DNA from: Bacillota bacterium
GTDB taxonomy: Bacteria; Bacillota; UBA994
Assembly (NCBI GenBank): GCA_018333655.1
Contig: JAGXTJ010000010.1
Coordinates: forward strand, 39,280-103,279
DNA: 64,000 nt
Direction of reading: 5' to 3'
The translations under genes were made by a program, and so were the position numbers. Shown piece by piece: positions 1 through 11,813 of this stretch (position 1 is its first letter; the number at the start of each line of letters is the position of its first letter). Under the pieces are notes generated by a model that made no database searches, had not been told where the DNA came from, and was given only the letters and a program-made list of their open reading frames with translations.

Positions 1-577
1 TGGTGGAGTCGGACATCATGGCGAGCACGCCTTCTTGTCCTAAGGAAGTCAAAGCGAAGTAGTCGGTAACTTTGCCGTCCACCGGAGTTTGGTCTAATTT
101 AAAGTCGCCGCTGTGAAAAATATTGCCGACGGGAGTCTTAATGGCGAGACCAACAGAATCTGGAATGCTGTGATTCATGTGAATGAACCGCACTCCGAAA
201 TGGCCCACATTGATAACCTCGCCGGCACGGACTTCTTTGAGGGTGGCAGATACATTGTGCTCGTCTAGTTTATTTTTCAGAAGCCCTAAAGTCAGTTTAG
301 TTCCGTAAACAGGAACGGGCAACTGCTTTAGCACATAGGGCAAAGCGCCAATATGGTCTTCATGACCATGGGTCAAAATGATGGCCTGGACTTTTTTCTG
401 GTGCTCAAGTAGATAGGAAATATTGGGGATGACATAGTCGATACCGAACATCTCTTCTTCGGGAAACTTCAGTCCAGAGTCCACAACTATGATATCCTCT
501 CTGTATTGGTAGGCATACATATTCTTGCCTACCTCGCCCATGCCCCCTAGGGGGATAAATTGCAGTTTATCACGCAT
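1..577 (-). CDS. rnj: Ribonuclease J (metallo-beta-lactamase RNase), N-terminal part; gene continues beyond the window start
   Basis: Manual reverse translation from ATG at 577-575 gives MRDKLQFIPLGGMGEVGKNMYAYQYREDIIVVDSG...LTHGHEDHIGALPYV. This has the HxHxDH beta-lactamase motif and the typical RNase J N-terminus. It is absent from the ORF track because the ORF is open at the window edge. Confidence 0.8.
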   Translation of the reverse strand, partial: MRDKLQFIPLGGMGEVGKNMYAYQYREDIIVVDSGLKFPEEEMFGIDYVIPNISYLLEHQKKVQAIILTHGHEDHIGALPYVLKQLPVPVYGTKLTLGLLKNKLDEHNVSATLKEVRAGEVINVGHFGVRFIHMNHSIPDSVGLAIKTPVGNIFHSGDFKLDQTPVDGKVTDYFALTSLGQEGVLAMMSDST

Positions 578-702
578 CAATCATCAACCTTTCTCGATAA
601 GTGTAAAAACGTTACAGCACAAACAAACAGGAAAACGTGAAAATGGTGTCGAATGAACAGAGAGGTAGCAAAGCAAAGACAAGCCGAGAAAGGATCGAAG
701 CA

Positions 703-1383
703 ATGCTAGAACTGTCCAACGTCACCAAAGCCTACCCCAATGGGGCTGTGGCTTTACATCAAATCAACATGTGCGTAGCTCCCGGTGAATTCGTTTTCGT
801 GGTGGGCGCTAGCGGCGCCGGGAAGACCACCTTGACGAAGCTACTGCTGCGCGAGGAAAGACCCACCTCGGGCAAAATAGTCATCAATGGCAAAGACATC
901 ACCAAGCTGCGCCCGCATGAAATCCCTTACCTAAGACGTAGCATGGGGGTTGTCTTCCAAGATTTTCGCCTAATGCCCACCTGGACAGTAGAAGAAAACG
1001 TGTCCTTTGCCATGGTGGTAGTAGAGACCGCGCCTCGCCTAGTGCGACGACGGGTGGCTGAGGTGCTTGAACTCGTCGGCCTGTCCAGCAAGCGCGCCCA
1101 GCTCCCTAGTCAGCTGTCAGGAGGCGAACAGCAACGTGTGGCCCTCGCAAGGGCCATTGTCAACAAGCCTATGCTCCTTCTGGCGGATGAACCAACGGGA
1201 AACCTAGATCCTGAGACTTCCTGGGGAATAGTCAAGTTACTCTTAGACATTAACTCCACAGGAACAACTATGCTAATGGTAACTCACGCAAAGCAAATTG
1301 TCGACACCTTGCGTAAACGAGTTGTAGAATTAGAGTCTGGCAGCATGACGCGAGACGAGAGATGTGGGGTTTACCATGGTTAA
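703..1383 (+). CDS. ftsE: Cell division ABC transporter ATP-binding protein FtsE
   Basis: Walker A GASGAGKTT, ABC signature LSGGEQQRV, Walker B LLLADEPTGNLD. An FtsX gene follows directly. The ORF track starts at 637, but the 226-aa form from ATG 703 (MLELSNVTKAY...) matches FtsE length and has an AAAGGA RBS. The start is uncertain between 637 and 703. Confidence 0.85.
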   Translation: MLELSNVTKAYPNGAVALHQINMCVAPGEFVFVVGASGAGKTTLTKLLLREERPTSGKIVINGKDITKLRPHEIPYLRRSMGVVFQDFRLMPTWTVEENVSFAMVVVETAPRLVRRRVAEVLELVGLSSKRAQLPSQLSGGEQQRVALARAIVNKPMLLLADEPTGNLDPETSWGIVKLLLDINSTGTTMLMVTHAKQIVDTLRKRVVELESGSMTRDERCGVYHG

Positions 1384-2263
1384 GCCGCGCACTTTTGGCT
1401 ACTTCTTCGCTTCGGCAGGCAAGAGTCTGCTGCGCAACAATTGGATGACCCTAGCCTCTATTAGCACGGTGGCTGTTTCACTGCTCGTTCTAGGTGTCTT
1501 TTTGCTCATAGCCGTCAATGTCAATGCTGTGGCCGTCAATGTGGAAGGGCAAGTTCAGGTTACGGCCTACTTGGCAGAAATGCCAAGTGCGGAGCGCGCG
1601 GGCATCGAGGCCAAAATTGCCGCCGTGCCTGGCGTGACCGAGGTGCGCTTTGTTTCGCGCCAGGACGCCTGGCAGCGTTTGCTAGAGTGGTATGGTGAAA
1701 ACAGGGCTTTCTTGGCCGGATGGGAAGAAGACAACCCCCTGCGCGATTCGTTTGAAGTCCGCACCGATTCCCCGCGCTTGGTGTCGGAAGTGGCCGCGGC
1801 AGTCGGCGGCATTGCCGGGGTCGAAGAAGTCCTCTGGGGTAGAGAAATCGTAGAGCAACTTCTTTCTATCACGCGGGTAATGCGCTTGGTGGGCATAGTC
1901 CTCATGGTAGGGCTGGCCTTAGCAGCCATGTTTTTTATTGCCAACACAGTGCGTATGGCCATCTTCGCGCGGCGGCGGGAGATTAGTATTATGCGGTATG
2001 TTGGCGCTACCAACTGGTTCATTCGTTGGCCTTTTGTCATTGAGGGCTTGGTGCTGGGGATGCTCGGCGCCTTACTCGCGTCCTCGGTCCTGGCCTGGGG
2101 CTACTACCTTGCTGTGCGTGCCCTGGTGGCAGCCATTCCGTTTTGGCCATGGGTCTCACCGTGGCCCTTCTTGCAGCAATTGGCGCTCTTGTTACTAGCG
2201 ATTGGTGTTTTTATCGGCATATGCGGCAGCGGCCTCAGTCTGCGCCGTTATCTTGATGCTTAG
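1376..2263 (+). CDS. ftsX: Cell division permease-like protein FtsX
   Basis: About 295 aa with one N-terminal TM segment, a large extracytoplasmic loop and three C-terminal TM segments, which is FtsX topology. It overlaps the ftsE stop (ATGGTTAA). The ORF track start at 1364 is an alternative. Confidence 0.85.
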   Translation: MVKPRTFGYFFASAGKSLLRNNWMTLASISTVAVSLLVLGVFLLIAVNVNAVAVNVEGQVQVTAYLAEMPSAERAGIEAKIAAVPGVTEVRFVSRQDAWQRLLEWYGENRAFLAGWEEDNPLRDSFEVRTDSPRLVSEVAAAVGGIAGVEEVLWGREIVEQLLSITRVMRLVGIVLMVGLALAAMFFIANTVRMAIFARRREISIMRYVGATNWFIRWPFVIEGLVLGMLGALLASSVLAWGYYLAVRALVAAIPFWPWVSPWPFLQQLALLLLAIGVFIGICGSGLSLRRYLDA

Positions 2264-2273
2264 GAGGTGGAGT

Positions 2274-3410
2274 ATGCGCTGGCATAGAATCTGGGCCATG
2301 GCCCTGCTACTCTTGGTGCTTGTTCCCGCATTAGGGGGGGCGCAGACGCCGGAAATTGAGGCGCGTCGCCGCGAATTAGCGCGTATTAGAGACCAGATGC
2401 GGCAAGCCGAATTAAGGGCGGCCAGTGCTGACCGGCAAGCGAGAAGTGTACTGGGCGAGCTCCAGGTTATCGAGAGGGATATCGATCGCACCTCCACCGA
2501 GCTAAGGAGCCTAGAAAATCGCGTACACGTTGCCGAAAGAGAAGTACAGCAGTTAAGCCGCGATCTCGTCAGTGCCAATCAGCGCCTAGACACGCGAAAT
2601 AGCCAACTCGGCGTGCGACTGAGAGCTCTAGCGGAGCGGGGGGCAGTGAGCTACCTCGAAGTCTTGCTCAATGCGCGCAGTTTCGCCGATTTTATCAATC
2701 GCTTCTTGCTGCTACAGACAGTTATTAATCAAGATATTGCCATCTATCATGCTGTGCAAGATGAGAAGGAGGCAGTAGAAGACAAGAAAGCAGCCGTAGA
2801 AGCCAGGCAAGTGGAGCTGTCTGCACTACGCGAGCAAACGCGGAGCAGGCAAGCTAATTTGCAGAGTCGCGCTCAGAACCGTTCGGCAATATTTAATCGT
2901 TTAACGCAAGACAAAGAGCAAGCTGTGCGGGCACATGCTGAACTTGACCGCTTGGCTAAAGAAATAGATGAGATTATTCGCCAGCTAACTGCTCGCAATC
3001 TGACAGGGCGAGGAACAGGCACTTTTGTCTGGCCCACACCTGGGTTTACCCGCATAACCTCTCCTTTTGGTTGGAGGACGCATCCTATTTTTAGAACAAG
3101 GGAGTTTCATAGCGGCATCGATATAGGCGCGCCGCAGGGGCGAAATATTGTCGCCGCGGATAGCGGCGAAGTAATCTATGCCGACTGGCTCGGTGGCTAT
3201 GGTCGGACGGTAATCATTAGCCATGGGGAGTTTACCACGCTTTACGCTCATGCTAGCACCTTGCTCGTGCAGGATGGCGACAAAGTAACGCAAGGGCAGG
3301 TCATTGCCCGCATTGGCAGTACCGGCAATAGTACGGGGCCACACCTGCACTTTGAGGTGCGTAACCGTGGCGGCACACGCCTCAATCCCGTTCAACATGT
3401 GCGGCCCTAG
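2274..3410 (+). CDS. EnvC-like murein hydrolase activator / M23 family peptidase with N-terminal coiled coil
   Basis: Signal peptide (MRWHRIWAMALLLLVLVPALGGAQT), then a long coiled-coil region, then a C-terminal LytM/M23 domain (HSGIDIGAPQG...TGNSTGPHLHFEV). Strong RBS TAGGAGGTGG before ATG 2274. The position directly after ftsEX is typical of FtsEX-regulated peptidases. Confidence 0.85.
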   Translation: MRWHRIWAMALLLLVLVPALGGAQTPEIEARRRELARIRDQMRQAELRAASADRQARSVLGELQVIERDIDRTSTELRSLENRVHVAEREVQQLSRDLVSANQRLDTRNSQLGVRLRALAERGAVSYLEVLLNARSFADFINRFLLLQTVINQDIAIYHAVQDEKEAVEDKKAAVEARQVELSALREQTRSRQANLQSRAQNRSAIFNRLTQDKEQAVRAHAELDRLAKEIDEIIRQLTARNLTGRGTGTFVWPTPGFTRITSPFGWRTHPIFRTREFHSGIDIGAPQGRNIVAADSGEVIYADWLGGYGRTVIISHGEFTTLYAHASTLLVQDGDKVTQGQVIARIGSTGNSTGPHLHFEVRNRGGTRLNPVQHVRP

Positions 3411-3470
3411 TCTCGTATCTCTTGGCGTAATTTTACTTGTAGAAGGGTCGCTTGCGGCGACTCTTTTATG

Positions 3471-3499
3471 TTTGTGGTTTTTTGTGCCTATGTCTATAA
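3471..3499 (+). promoter_or_regulatory. Sigma-A type promoter (TTGTGG-17 nt-TATAAT) upstream of the membrane-protein/uvrB unit
   Basis: TTGTGG, then a 17-nt spacer, then TATAAT, read directly in the intergenic region 3411-3528. Confidence 0.45.
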
Positions 3500-3528
3500 T
3501 AACTTAGAGCATAAAGGGGGTTGCCATC

Positions 3529-4506
3529 ATGCCGCCATTTTTAGCCTTTGCGAGTGCCTACCTTCGCGCCCTGCCACAACACCTGACCGCACCGTGGTTC
3601 TACGTGGTGTTAATTCTTATTGCCCTGCAATACCGACGCACGGCTTCATTAGAGCGCCGCTTCTGGGGGCGTGAAAAGCAATCAGTATTGTGGCATATGC
3701 TGGTATCGCTCTTGTTCGGCGTACTGGGCGGCATTTTGGGTAGCATCTTGCTGTTGAGTGTGGGTGTCACCCTGGCGGGCAACTGGCTTGTTTATACTTG
3801 GGTGGTGGCGATCATCTTGGCCTTTGTTTCGGCTCGCCTGATGTGTTTTGCCTATGCTGGGGGCTTGGTGGCACTCAGTTCTCTTCTCTTCGGCTGGCCT
3901 AAGGTAGATATCCCCTCATTGCTGGCGCTAGTAGCCCTCTTGCACACGGTAGAGAGCATCCTGATGTATCTTAGCGGTCATCTAGGCGCAATTGCCGTCA
4001 GCGTGAGGACTTCACGCGGGGATATTGTGGCGGGTTACAGTCTGCAAAAGTTCTGGCCGGTACCCCTTCTCGCCCTCATGGCCCTGCCGCTCGCGATGCC
4101 TGCTGGTGTTCCTACTATCCCCATGCCTGACTGGTGGCCCCTTATACGTCCGCAGGGCCTAGGGGACACTTTTAGTTTTTGGATGATACCCATCGTGGCT
4201 GGACTTGGCTATGGAGAACTAGCCATCACTACTACTCCGCAGCAAAAAGCGCGACAATCAGCTTGGAAACTAGCTCTCTACAGCGGAGTCTTGTTCGCGC
4301 TGGCCTTTTTGGCGACGCGCTTTAGCGTATTTTTGTACATCGCGGCGCTCTTTGCGCCCATAGGGCACGAGCTCCTCGTTTGGACTACTAATCGGCAAGA
4401 GATGAATGGCCGTCCGCTCCTCTCTGTTAGCCCCGACACCGATGTTTTCCTCGAGGCGCGCTTTACAAGTCCCTTAGATTACTTGGCGAAATTGTGGGGC
4501 AGGTGA
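3529..4506 (+). CDS. Polytopic integral membrane protein of unknown function (about 8 predicted TM helices)
   Basis: 325-aa ORF made of multiple hydrophobic stretches. No recognisable catalytic motif. It sits between the M23 peptidase and uvrB, and its stop overlaps the uvrB start. Confidence 0.6.
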   Translation: MPPFLAFASAYLRALPQHLTAPWFYVVLILIALQYRRTASLERRFWGREKQSVLWHMLVSLLFGVLGGILGSILLLSVGVTLAGNWLVYTWVVAIILAFVSARLMCFAYAGGLVALSSLLFGWPKVDIPSLLALVALLHTVESILMYLSGHLGAIAVSVRTSRGDIVAGYSLQKFWPVPLLALMALPLAMPAGVPTIPMPDWWPLIRPQGLGDTFSFWMIPIVAGLGYGELAITTTPQQKARQSAWKLALYSGVLFALAFLATRFSVFLYIAALFAPIGHELLVWTTNRQEMNGRPLLSVSPDTDVFLEARFTSPLDYLAKLWGR

Positions 4507-6482
4507 ATACTGTGTTCAATCTAGTTTCGGACTTCCGTCCGACCGGCGATCAACCTGAGGCCATTGCCAGTCTGTGCCGAGGCCTTCGTGAAGGGGCTCG
4601 CGAACAGACTTTACTGGGGGTAACAGGCTCTGGCAAGACCTTTACGGTCGCCAATGTCATCGCGACAGTTAACCGACCTACCCTAGTGCTCGCCCACAAC
4701 AAAACTCTAGCCGCCCAGTTGTGCGGCGAATTCCGCGAGTTCTTTCCGCATAATGCGGTGGAGTACTTCGTCAGTTACTACGATTACTACCAGCCAGAGG
4801 CTTACATCCCGCGTACAGATACCTATATCGAAAAGGATGCCCAAATTAATGAAGAGATAGACAAGCTTCGGCATTCGGCCACTTCGGCCTTGCTGGAGAG
4901 ACGTGATGTGATCATTGTGGCCAGTGTTTCCTGCATCTATGGTCTTGGTAGCCCAGAGGAATACGCCGAAAATGCCGTTTCGCTCCGCGTGGGCATGCAG
5001 AGGGAGCGCAATGACCTCCTCAGGCGCTTAGTGGCGATGCAGTACGCGCGTAATGACATCGCCTTTGAGAGGGGTACCTTTAGAGTGCGGGGGGATAGCG
5101 TGGAAATTATTCCCGCGGCCCAAATGGAGCGAGCCCTGCGCATAGAATTTTTTGGCTCGGAAATTGAGCGTATTACGGAGATAGACACCTTGACAGGTGA
5201 GATTTTGGGGCGACGCAACCATGTCTCTATCTTCCCCGCTTCCCACTTTGTCACGAGTAATGACAAGTTGCAGTTAGCCATTTTGCGCATTGAGAATGAA
5301 CTACAGGCCAGGCTCGCTGAGTTTCGCGCGCGTGACCAAGTTCTTGAGGCCCAGCGTCTTGAGCAGAGGTGTCGCTACGATTTAGAGATGATGCGCGAAA
5401 TTGGCTTTTGTTCCGGCATCGAAAACTACTCCCGCCATTTAGAGGGCCGAGAGGTAGGCACTCCCCCGTACACCTTGCTCGACTACTTTCCGCAGGACTT
5501 TCTCCTGGTGGTCGATGAATCCCATGTGACCCTGCCCCAAGTGCGCGGCATGTATGCCGGGGATCGCTCGCGCAAGACGGTGCTCGTGGAACACGGCTTC
5601 CGCCTTCCTTCGGCTATGGATAACCGTCCTTTGACTTTCGCGGAGTTTAATGGTCGCTTCGGGCAAGCGATATATGTCTCTGCCACTCCCGCCCCCTACG
5701 AGCTAGGGCAGAGCAGCCAAGTAGTAGAGCAGATCATTCGCCCGACCGGGCTCATCGACCCCGAGATTTCGGTGCGGCCTACGCGCGGACAGATTGATGA
5801 CTTGTATGGTGAGATCCGTAGCCGCATCGAGGCCGGCGAACGTATTTTAGTAACTACGCTTACAAAGCGCATGGCCGAAGACCTTACCGACTATTATAAA
5901 GAGATGGGACTTAAGGTGCGCTACTTACATTCAGACATTGAGACGCTCGAGCGCATGAGCATTCTGCGTGCCTTGCGCCTAGGAGAGTTCGATATATTAG
6001 TGGGGATCAACTTGCTGCGCGAAGGGCTCGACCTACCGGAGGTCTCCTTGGTGGCCATCCTAGATGCTGATAAAGAAGGCTTCTTGCGTTCTACCTCGTC
6101 ACTTATTCAAACTATCGGCCGGGCAGCTCGCAATGCCCATGGGCGTGTAATTATGTACGCCGACAAGGTAACAGACTCCATGCAGCGTGCTATCGAGGAG
6201 ACGAACCGACGCCGTGAACGGCAAGTGGTCTACAACAGTCAGAACAATATAGTGCCCACGAGTATTATCAAGAAGGTCCACGAGGTCATCGAGGCCACTT
6301 TGGCCATAGATATGAAAGAGGATGGTAAAGGGGGGCGCGGCTTCCAGGCGTTATCAGTCGGCGACAAGGCTCGAGTCCTCAAGCAGGTGGAGACAGAAAT
6401 GAAAACGGCAGCCAAGGCACTGCAATTTGAAAGGGCGGCCGAGCTTAGGGACTTACTGATCGAACTAAAGGCTAAATCGTAA
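4494..6482 (+). CDS. uvrB: Excinuclease ABC subunit B (UvrB)
   Basis: N-terminal [17 protein letters not shown], helicase motif [13 protein letters not shown] box (VVDESHVT), and the C-terminal UvrB/UvrC interaction motif (FERAAELRD). GTG start at 4494, or at 4512 after AGGTGA; the start is uncertain by a few codons. Confidence 0.95.
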   Translation: MGQVNTVFNLVSDFRPTGDQPEAIASLCRGLREGAREQTLLGVTGSGKTFTVANVIATVNRPTLVLAHNKTLAAQLCGEFREFFPHNAVEYFVSYYDYYQPEAYIPRTDTYIEKDAQINEEIDKLRHSATSALLERRDVIIVASVSCIYGLGSPEEYAENAVSLRVGMQRERNDLLRRLVAMQYARNDIAFERGTFRVRGDSVEIIPAAQMERALRIEFFGSEIERITEIDTLTGEILGRRNHVSIFPASHFVTSNDKLQLAILRIENELQARLAEFRARDQVLEAQRLEQRCRYDLEMMREIGFCSGIENYSRHLEGREVGTPPYTLLDYFPQDFLLVVDESHVTLPQVRGMYAGDRSRKTVLVEHGFRLPSAMDNRPLTFAEFNGRFGQAIYVSATPAPYELGQSSQVVEQIIRPTGLIDPEISVRPTRGQIDDLYGEIRSRIEAGERILVTTLTKRMAEDLTDYYKEMGLKVRYLHSDIETLERMSILRALRLGEFDILVGINLLREGLDLPEVSLVAILDADKEGFLRSTSSLIQTIGRAARNAHGRVIMYADKVTDSMQRAIEETNRRRERQVVYNSQNNIVPTSIIKKVHEVIEATLAIDMKEDGKGGRGFQALSVGDKARVLKQVETEMKTAAKALQFERAAELRDLLIELKAKS

Positions 6483-6710
6483 CAGGGGCCCCGCTTGCCT
6501 GCGCAAAGGGGCGATAAAGAGGGCAAAACGAATTGCCGGGCACGCTTAGCGACGGCTGAGTCCGCCATTGCCCTAGGCCGACCGCAGCAGGGTTGGTTTG
6601 TCCTTTACGGCTGCAAACTGTAGTGGTAAGCTAAACACTAGATGCTCTAGGCATCAAAAGGAGTTTGCGAAGAAAACATGTGTATTTGTGGTGAGGTATT
6701 GCGCTCGCCT

Positions 6711-6908
6711 ATGTCTGAGAAGGAGCTCCGGTTTGTCCGCCCTGACAGGCCGCGCTTGGTGCTGGGTAATGGTAAACCGATGCTTTTTCAGATCATCTTT
6801 ATTGCTGATGCCACTTTGGGCCGAGAGGTGACTCTCAGTTGTGACTGCTGCGGTGCACGCTTTGTGACTGCAATAAATGGTAGGTACTCAGTAACTCCGC
6901 TTAAATAA
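6711..6908 (+). CDS. Possible small Cys-rich protein (65 aa) in the uvrB-uvrA intergenic region
   Basis: ORF MSEKELRFVRPDRPRLVLGNGKPMLFQIIFIADATLGREVTLSCDCCGARFVTAINGRYSVTPLK lies in an otherwise gene-free 490-nt gap. GGTGAGG lies about 14 nt upstream of the ATG. No family is recognised. Confidence 0.25.
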   Translation: MSEKELRFVRPDRPRLVLGNGKPMLFQIIFIADATLGREVTLSCDCCGARFVTAINGRYSVTPLK

Positions 6909-6982
6909 AGTAAAGAGTTGCCCCGTACGCGGGCAACTCTCATCATTTGGCCGCCTAGTTGGGGTAGCCGTGTTTCTTGGGG

Positions 6983-6996
6983 CGAATATATGTTTG
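6983..6996 (+). promoter_or_regulatory. Possible degenerate LexA (Cheo-type) SOS box overlapping the uvrA promoter -35
   Basis: CGAATATATGTTTG matches the Firmicutes consensus CGAACATATGTTCG at 12 of 14 positions, but both conserved C positions are T. An extended -10 TGgTATAAT sits at 7012-7020 with TTTGTA 16 nt upstream. Confidence 0.3.
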
Positions 6997-7054
6997 TAGC
7001 GAATCGAAGTATGGTATAATCACATCAGCAGCGTTCAGTCGAGGAGTTGGCTCG

Positions 7055-9901
7055 GTGCAAAGATTTATCTCAGTTCGTGGTGCAAGGCAGCATAATCTTA
7101 AGAATATTAGTGTCGATATCCCCCGCGAACAGCTAGTTGTCATTACCGGGCTCAGTGGTTCTGGTAAATCGTCGCTCGCTTTCGACACCATCTATGCCGA
7201 AGGACAGCGGCGCTATGTAGAGTCGCTCTCGGCCTACGCACGACAGTTTCTCGGGCAGATGGACAAGCCAGATGTAGATAGCATCGAAGGCTTGTCGCCG
7301 GCGATCTCAATCGACCAAAAAACTACTAGTCGTAATCCTCGCTCCACCGTAGGCACGGTGACAGAGGTCTACGACTACTTGCGCTTGCTCTTTGCGCGGG
7401 TGGGCAAGCCATTTTGCCCGCACTGCCATATTCCCATCGCCCCGCAAACTGTCGACCAAATCGTAGACCAAGTCACCAAATTGCCTGAAGGCACACGACT
7501 GATGATTCTAGCCCCCGTGGTGCGGGGCAAAAAAGGGGAACACGCCAAGTTGCTCGATGAGCTACGCCGCGCAGGCTACGTAAGGGCGCGCATCGACGGC
7601 GAGATTAAAGAGCTGGCGGACACCATTGAGTTAGCTAAAAACCGCAACCATGTTATTGAGGTAGTGGTAGATCGCATCGTTCTGCGCGGTGATATCGCCT
7701 CGCGCCTAGCGGACTCGCTGGAGACGGCCATTCGCTTGGCCCATGGCTTAGTCATTGTGCACGACATGACGGGGCCAGAGACTCTCTACAGCCTGAGCTT
7801 AGCTTGCACTGAGTGTGGTTTTAGTTTTGGTGAAATTGAGCCGCGGCTGTTCTCTTTTAACTCTCCTTTTGGGGCGTGTACTGCCTGTAGTGGCCTAGGC
7901 TCAAACTTAGAGGTAGACCCGGGTCTCGTCGTGCCGGACTTGCGCAAATCCTTGAGCGACGGGGCTGTTTCGCCGTGGGCGAATAGCAGTAGCACTTATT
8001 ACGCGCGCCTCTACACCGCCTTAGAAGAGAACTTTGGCATCAAAGTAGACGCTCCGCTCGACGAGCTCAGCAAGGAGCAACGGGAGGTGCTGCTTTATGG
8101 CAGCAAAGAGCGCAAAATTACCTTAGATTTTGAGCAGGATGGGCACAGTCGCCAGTACAGCACCTACTACAAGGGCGTCGTCGCCATGATTGACCGCAAC
8201 TACCGCGAAACTACCTCGGACTATATTCGCGAAGAGCTGGAGAATTACATGAGTTCGCGTGTTTGCCCGGCTTGTAATGGGTTGCGGCTTAAGCCCGAGG
8301 CACTAGCGGTTAGAGTGGGGGGCAAAAATATTGCCGAGGTAACCTCCCTCACCGTAGAGATGAGCCTGGCTTTCTTTCAAGCGCTCGTGCTAGATGAGAA
8401 GGAGACGCATATCGCGCGGCAAATTCTTAAAGAAATAACGGACCGCCTGGGTTTTCTGGTGAACGTGGGGCTTTACTACATTGCTATGTCTCGCAAGGCG
8501 GGCACACTCTCCGGCGGCGAGGCACAGCGCATTCGCCTGGCAACACAAATTGGTTCGAGCCTGATGGGCGTGGTTTACATTCTTGACGAGCCAAGTATTG
8601 GCCTGCATCAACGCGATAATGAGCGTCTTATCAAGACTCTGCAGCATCTGCGCGATTTGGGCAATACCGTCATCGTGGTGGAGCATGACGAAGACACCAT
8701 GCGCCTGGCCGATCACATTATCGACATGGGTCCGGGAGCGGGGCTACACGGGGGCGAAGTTGTCGCTACGGGTACTTTGTCTGACATTTGCCAGCACCCC
8801 GCATCGCTAACAGGCGAGTACCTCAGTGGTCGCAAAGTAGTAGAAGTTCCTGCGCAGCGCAGACAGCCGAACGGCAAGTGGCTAGAAGTTTATGGCGCGG
8901 CAGAAAACAATTTGCGCCATATCGATGTGCGTTTTCCCTTAGGGCTCTTTGTCTGTGTCACGGGTGTCTCGGGCTCTGGCAAGAGCACTCTCGTTAACGA
9001 GATTCTCTACAAGCGATTGGCGCAAGAGTTGTCTGGCAGCAAGGCTAGGCCAGGAGCACATCGCGATGTGGTGGGGCTTAACCATATCGATAAAATAATC
9101 GAAATCGACCAATCACCTATTGGGCGTACGCCGCGTTCGAACCCCGCCACTTACACGGGCACCTTTGAACTCGTTCGTCAGCTTTTTGCCCAAACCAATG
9201 AGGCCAAAATGCGCGGTTACAAGGCTGGGCGCTTTAGCTTTAATGTCAAGGGTGGGCGCTGTGAGTCCTGCAAAGGTGACGGCATAATTAAGATTGAAAT
9301 GCACTTTCTCCCTGATGTCTATGTTCCCTGTGAAGTGTGCAAGGGCAAGCGTTACAGCCGCGAGACTCTGGAGGTTAAGTTCAAGGGCAAGAATATAGCC
9401 GAAGTGCTCGATATGACCATCGAGCAAGCTCTCGAGTTTTTTGGCAATATGCCGCGTTTAGAGCGCAAAGTACAGACCTTGTATGACGTAGGTCTAGGCT
9501 ACATTAAGCTCGGGCAGCCTGCCACGACGCTTTCTGGGGGTGAAGCGCAAAGGGTTAAGCTGGCGACGGAGCTAGCGCGACGGAGCAACGGCAAGACCCT
9601 CTACATTTTGGATGAACCTACTACAGGTCTCCATATCGCAGACATTCACCGCCTGCTAGGCGTTCTCAATCGCTTGGTGGAGGCTGGGGACACCGTCTTG
9701 GTGATCGAGCACAACTTAGAAGTTATAAAAACAGCCGACTACCTCATTGACCTTGGGCCGGAGGGTGGCCTAGGCGGAGGCCTCGTCGTGGCCTCGGGGA
9801 CTCCCGAGGAAGTCAGCCGAGTGAGCACGAGCCACACCGGCCATTTCTTGGCACGGGTACTGCCGCCCCTCCGGGCGGGAGGTACAAGCTTTGCCCCATG
9901 A
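7055..9901 (+). CDS. uvrA: Excinuclease ABC subunit A (UvrA)
   Basis: Two ABC modules ([12 protein letters not shown] and [11 protein letters not shown] Walker A; two LSGGE signatures). Zinc-finger cysteines are present ([30 protein letters not shown]). A GTG at 7055 preceded by GAGGAG gives a 948-aa protein that matches UvrA length; the ORF track start at 6977 is probably too early. Confidence 0.95.
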   Translation: MQRFISVRGARQHNLKNISVDIPREQLVVITGLSGSGKSSLAFDTIYAEGQRRYVESLSAYARQFLGQMDKPDVDSIEGLSPAISIDQKTTSRNPRSTVGTVTEVYDYLRLLFARVGKPFCPHCHIPIAPQTVDQIVDQVTKLPEGTRLMILAPVVRGKKGEHAKLLDELRRAGYVRARIDGEIKELADTIELAKNRNHVIEVVVDRIVLRGDIASRLADSLETAIRLAHGLVIVHDMTGPETLYSLSLACTECGFSFGEIEPRLFSFNSPFGACTACSGLGSNLEVDPGLVVPDLRKSLSDGAVSPWANSSSTYYARLYTALEENFGIKVDAPLDELSKEQREVLLYGSKERKITLDFEQDGHSRQYSTYYKGVVAMIDRNYRETTSDYIREELENYMSSRVCPACNGLRLKPEALAVRVGGKNIAEVTSLTVEMSLAFFQALVLDEKETHIARQILKEITDRLGFLVNVGLYYIAMSRKAGTLSGGEAQRIRLATQIGSSLMGVVYILDEPSIGLHQRDNERLIKTLQHLRDLGNTVIVVEHDEDTMRLADHIIDMGPGAGLHGGEVVATGTLSDICQHPASLTGEYLSGRKVVEVPAQRRQPNGKWLEVYGAAENNLRHIDVRFPLGLFVCVTGVSGSGKSTLVNEILYKRLAQELSGSKARPGAHRDVVGLNHIDKIIEIDQSPIGRTPRSNPATYTGTFELVRQLFAQTNEAKMRGYKAGRFSFNVKGGRCESCKGDGIIKIEMHFLPDVYVPCEVCKGKRYSRETLEVKFKGKNIAEVLDMTIEQALEFFGNMPRLERKVQTLYDVGLGYIKLGQPATTLSGGEAQRVKLATELARRSNGKTLYILDEPTTGLHIADIHRLLGVLNRLVEAGDTVLVIEHNLEVIKTADYLIDLGPEGGLGGGLVVASGTPEEVSRVSTSHTGHFLARVLPPLRAGGTSFAP

Positions 9902-11717
9902 GGACAAGCTAAAGCTCGTGCCTGCCCTCCCTGGGGTCTACCTGATGAAGGATAACGACGGCAGGGTGCTCTACGTCGGCAAAGCTAGGGTGCTTAAACA
10001 TAGGCTACGTAGCTACTTTCAGGCTGGCGCCAGTTATGAGCCGAAAGTAGCGGCCATGCTCGAAAAGACAGTGGACTTTGAGTACATCATCACCGATACT
10101 GAGCGCGAAGCCTTGGTCTTAGAGAGCAATCTTATCAAAGAGATGCGCCCCCATTACAACATTCGCATTAAAGACGACAAGCACTACCCTTACTTTAGGC
10201 TGTCAGTGCAGGACCCCTACCCTCGCCTGTCGATTGTGCGCCGTGTGGTTAATGACAAGGCGCGTTACTTCGGCCCCTACCCGCAAGTTAGCGTGGTCAG
10301 AGACATGTTTAAGCTCTTGAAGCGTATCATCCCCCTTATGACTTGCGACCGCGACGTAGCATATGGACATGTGAGCGGTAAAGTATGCCTTAACTACCAC
10401 CTTAAACAATGCCTGGGCGTCTGCACAGGCGAGGTTAGCGAGGCAGAGTACCGCAACTTAGTGAAGGAAGTGGAGATGCTCCTCGAAGGTAGGCACAAGC
10501 CCCTAGTGGAGAGTTTAACGAAGCAAATGGAACAAGCCGCCGCAGAGCTTAACTTTGAACGTGCTGCAACTCTGCGCGACCAAGTGCAGGCCATCGAAAG
10601 TCTGGCCGAGAAGCAAAAGTTTGATGCGGCTAAGCATGTCGAACGCGACATAGTGGGCTTAGTTGCTAGCTTAGAGGAAGCCTGTGCGACCATTTTTCAT
10701 ATGAGGGAAGGCAAGGTTATTGGGCGGGAGACCGTCTTTTTAGCGGGCAGTCTCGAGCAGAGCAGGGCAGAGGTACTGGCTGCCTTTCTCGCACAGTATT
10801 ATGCGGCCTCTCCTGTCGTTCCCAAAGAAATTATCCTCGCCACCGCGCCAGCCGAGCAAGAGATGTTAGAAGAAGTGCTTAGCAGGCAGAAGGGCGCTAA
10901 AGTGCTCTTAGCAGTGCCTAAACGTGGAGCCAACAAGGCCATGGTCGAGCTAGCAGAGCGTAACGCGGCGCAGAATCTCGCCGAGAGATGGGCTCGAGGG
11001 CCTGGGCAAGCAGAGCTAGCCAAGAAAGGCTTGTCCGAATTGGCACATCTCTTGGCCTTGCCAGCCCTCCCACAGCGGATAGAATGCTACGACATCTCAC
11101 ATATTCAAGGGACGCAGGCTGTTGGTTCCATGGTGGTGTTTCACGAAGGCCGGCCGGCGCGCTCGCAATATCGTCGCTTTAGGATCAAGTGGGTGGTGGG
11201 GCAAAACGACTACGCCTCTCTGCACGAGGTCTTGACACGGCGACTTACAGCCTTTCGCCAGGGCCAGAGCAAATTCGCGCCTTTGCCTGACCTTATGATT
11301 ATCGACGGGGGCCGGGGGCAACTGAACGCCGCCCTAGACGCGCTCAGGCAGGAAGAATACCCCGACATTCCCATAGTTGCTCTTGCCAAAGCGGAAGAAG
11401 AAGTATTTGCCCCCGACCGTGAGCGACCGATCATCCTTGCTCCCCACACGCAGGGGCGGTACCTTCTGCAGAGGGTTAGAGACGAGGCGCATCGTTTTGC
11501 CCTAGCCTACCACCAACAATTACGCCGCGATGCCCAGCTGGCCTCACGGCTAGAAGAGTGCCCAGGCATCGGGTCCCGTAGGCGCGTCGCGCTACTTAAG
11601 CACTTCGGCAATTTCGCCGCCGTCCTGCGAGCCTCGGTGGATGAGCTGGCCGCTGTAGAGGGCCTTAGTCGGGCCTTAGCTCTCCGCCTTTGGGAATTTT
11701 TACACTCACCAGACTAG
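9891..11717 (+). CDS. uvrC: Excinuclease ABC subunit C (UvrC)
   Basis: GIY-YIG N-terminus ([18 protein letters not shown]...YFQ), UvrBC interaction motif (FERAATLRD), and a C-terminal RNase H-like plus (HhH)2 region. TTG start after a GGGAGG RBS. It overlaps the uvrA stop. Confidence 0.93.
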   Translation: MPHEDKLKLVPALPGVYLMKDNDGRVLYVGKARVLKHRLRSYFQAGASYEPKVAAMLEKTVDFEYIITDTEREALVLESNLIKEMRPHYNIRIKDDKHYPYFRLSVQDPYPRLSIVRRVVNDKARYFGPYPQVSVVRDMFKLLKRIIPLMTCDRDVAYGHVSGKVCLNYHLKQCLGVCTGEVSEAEYRNLVKEVEMLLEGRHKPLVESLTKQMEQAAAELNFERAATLRDQVQAIESLAEKQKFDAAKHVERDIVGLVASLEEACATIFHMREGKVIGRETVFLAGSLEQSRAEVLAAFLAQYYAASPVVPKEIILATAPAEQEMLEEVLSRQKGAKVLLAVPKRGANKAMVELAERNAAQNLAERWARGPGQAELAKKGLSELAHLLALPALPQRIECYDISHIQGTQAVGSMVVFHEGRPARSQYRRFRIKWVVGQNDYASLHEVLTRRLTAFRQGQSKFAPLPDLMIIDGGRGQLNAALDALRQEEYPDIPIVALAKAEEEVFAPDRERPIILAPHTQGRYLLQRVRDEAHRFALAYHQQLRRDAQLASRLEECPGIGSRRRVALLKHFGNFAAVLRASVDELAAVEGLSRALALRLWEFLHSPD

Positions 11718-11813
11718 TAAGTTTTGCGTTTTATCGTGAACAGAGGGCAGGATTAGGGGTAGACATGTCGAAAAAAGTCATACGTGTTTTCTCTTGCAGA
11801 TGGAGGAATTATA

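Noticed and set aside
1567-2040. 157-aa minus-strand ORF inside ftsX (also 2195-2578, 2985-3398 and 4937-5290 inside the M23 peptidase and uvrB genes)
   Set aside because: They are antisense to strongly supported conserved genes in GC-rich DNA. Their translations are low-complexity and Arg/Ser/Ala-rich with no motifs. They are typical spurious high-GC antisense ORFs.
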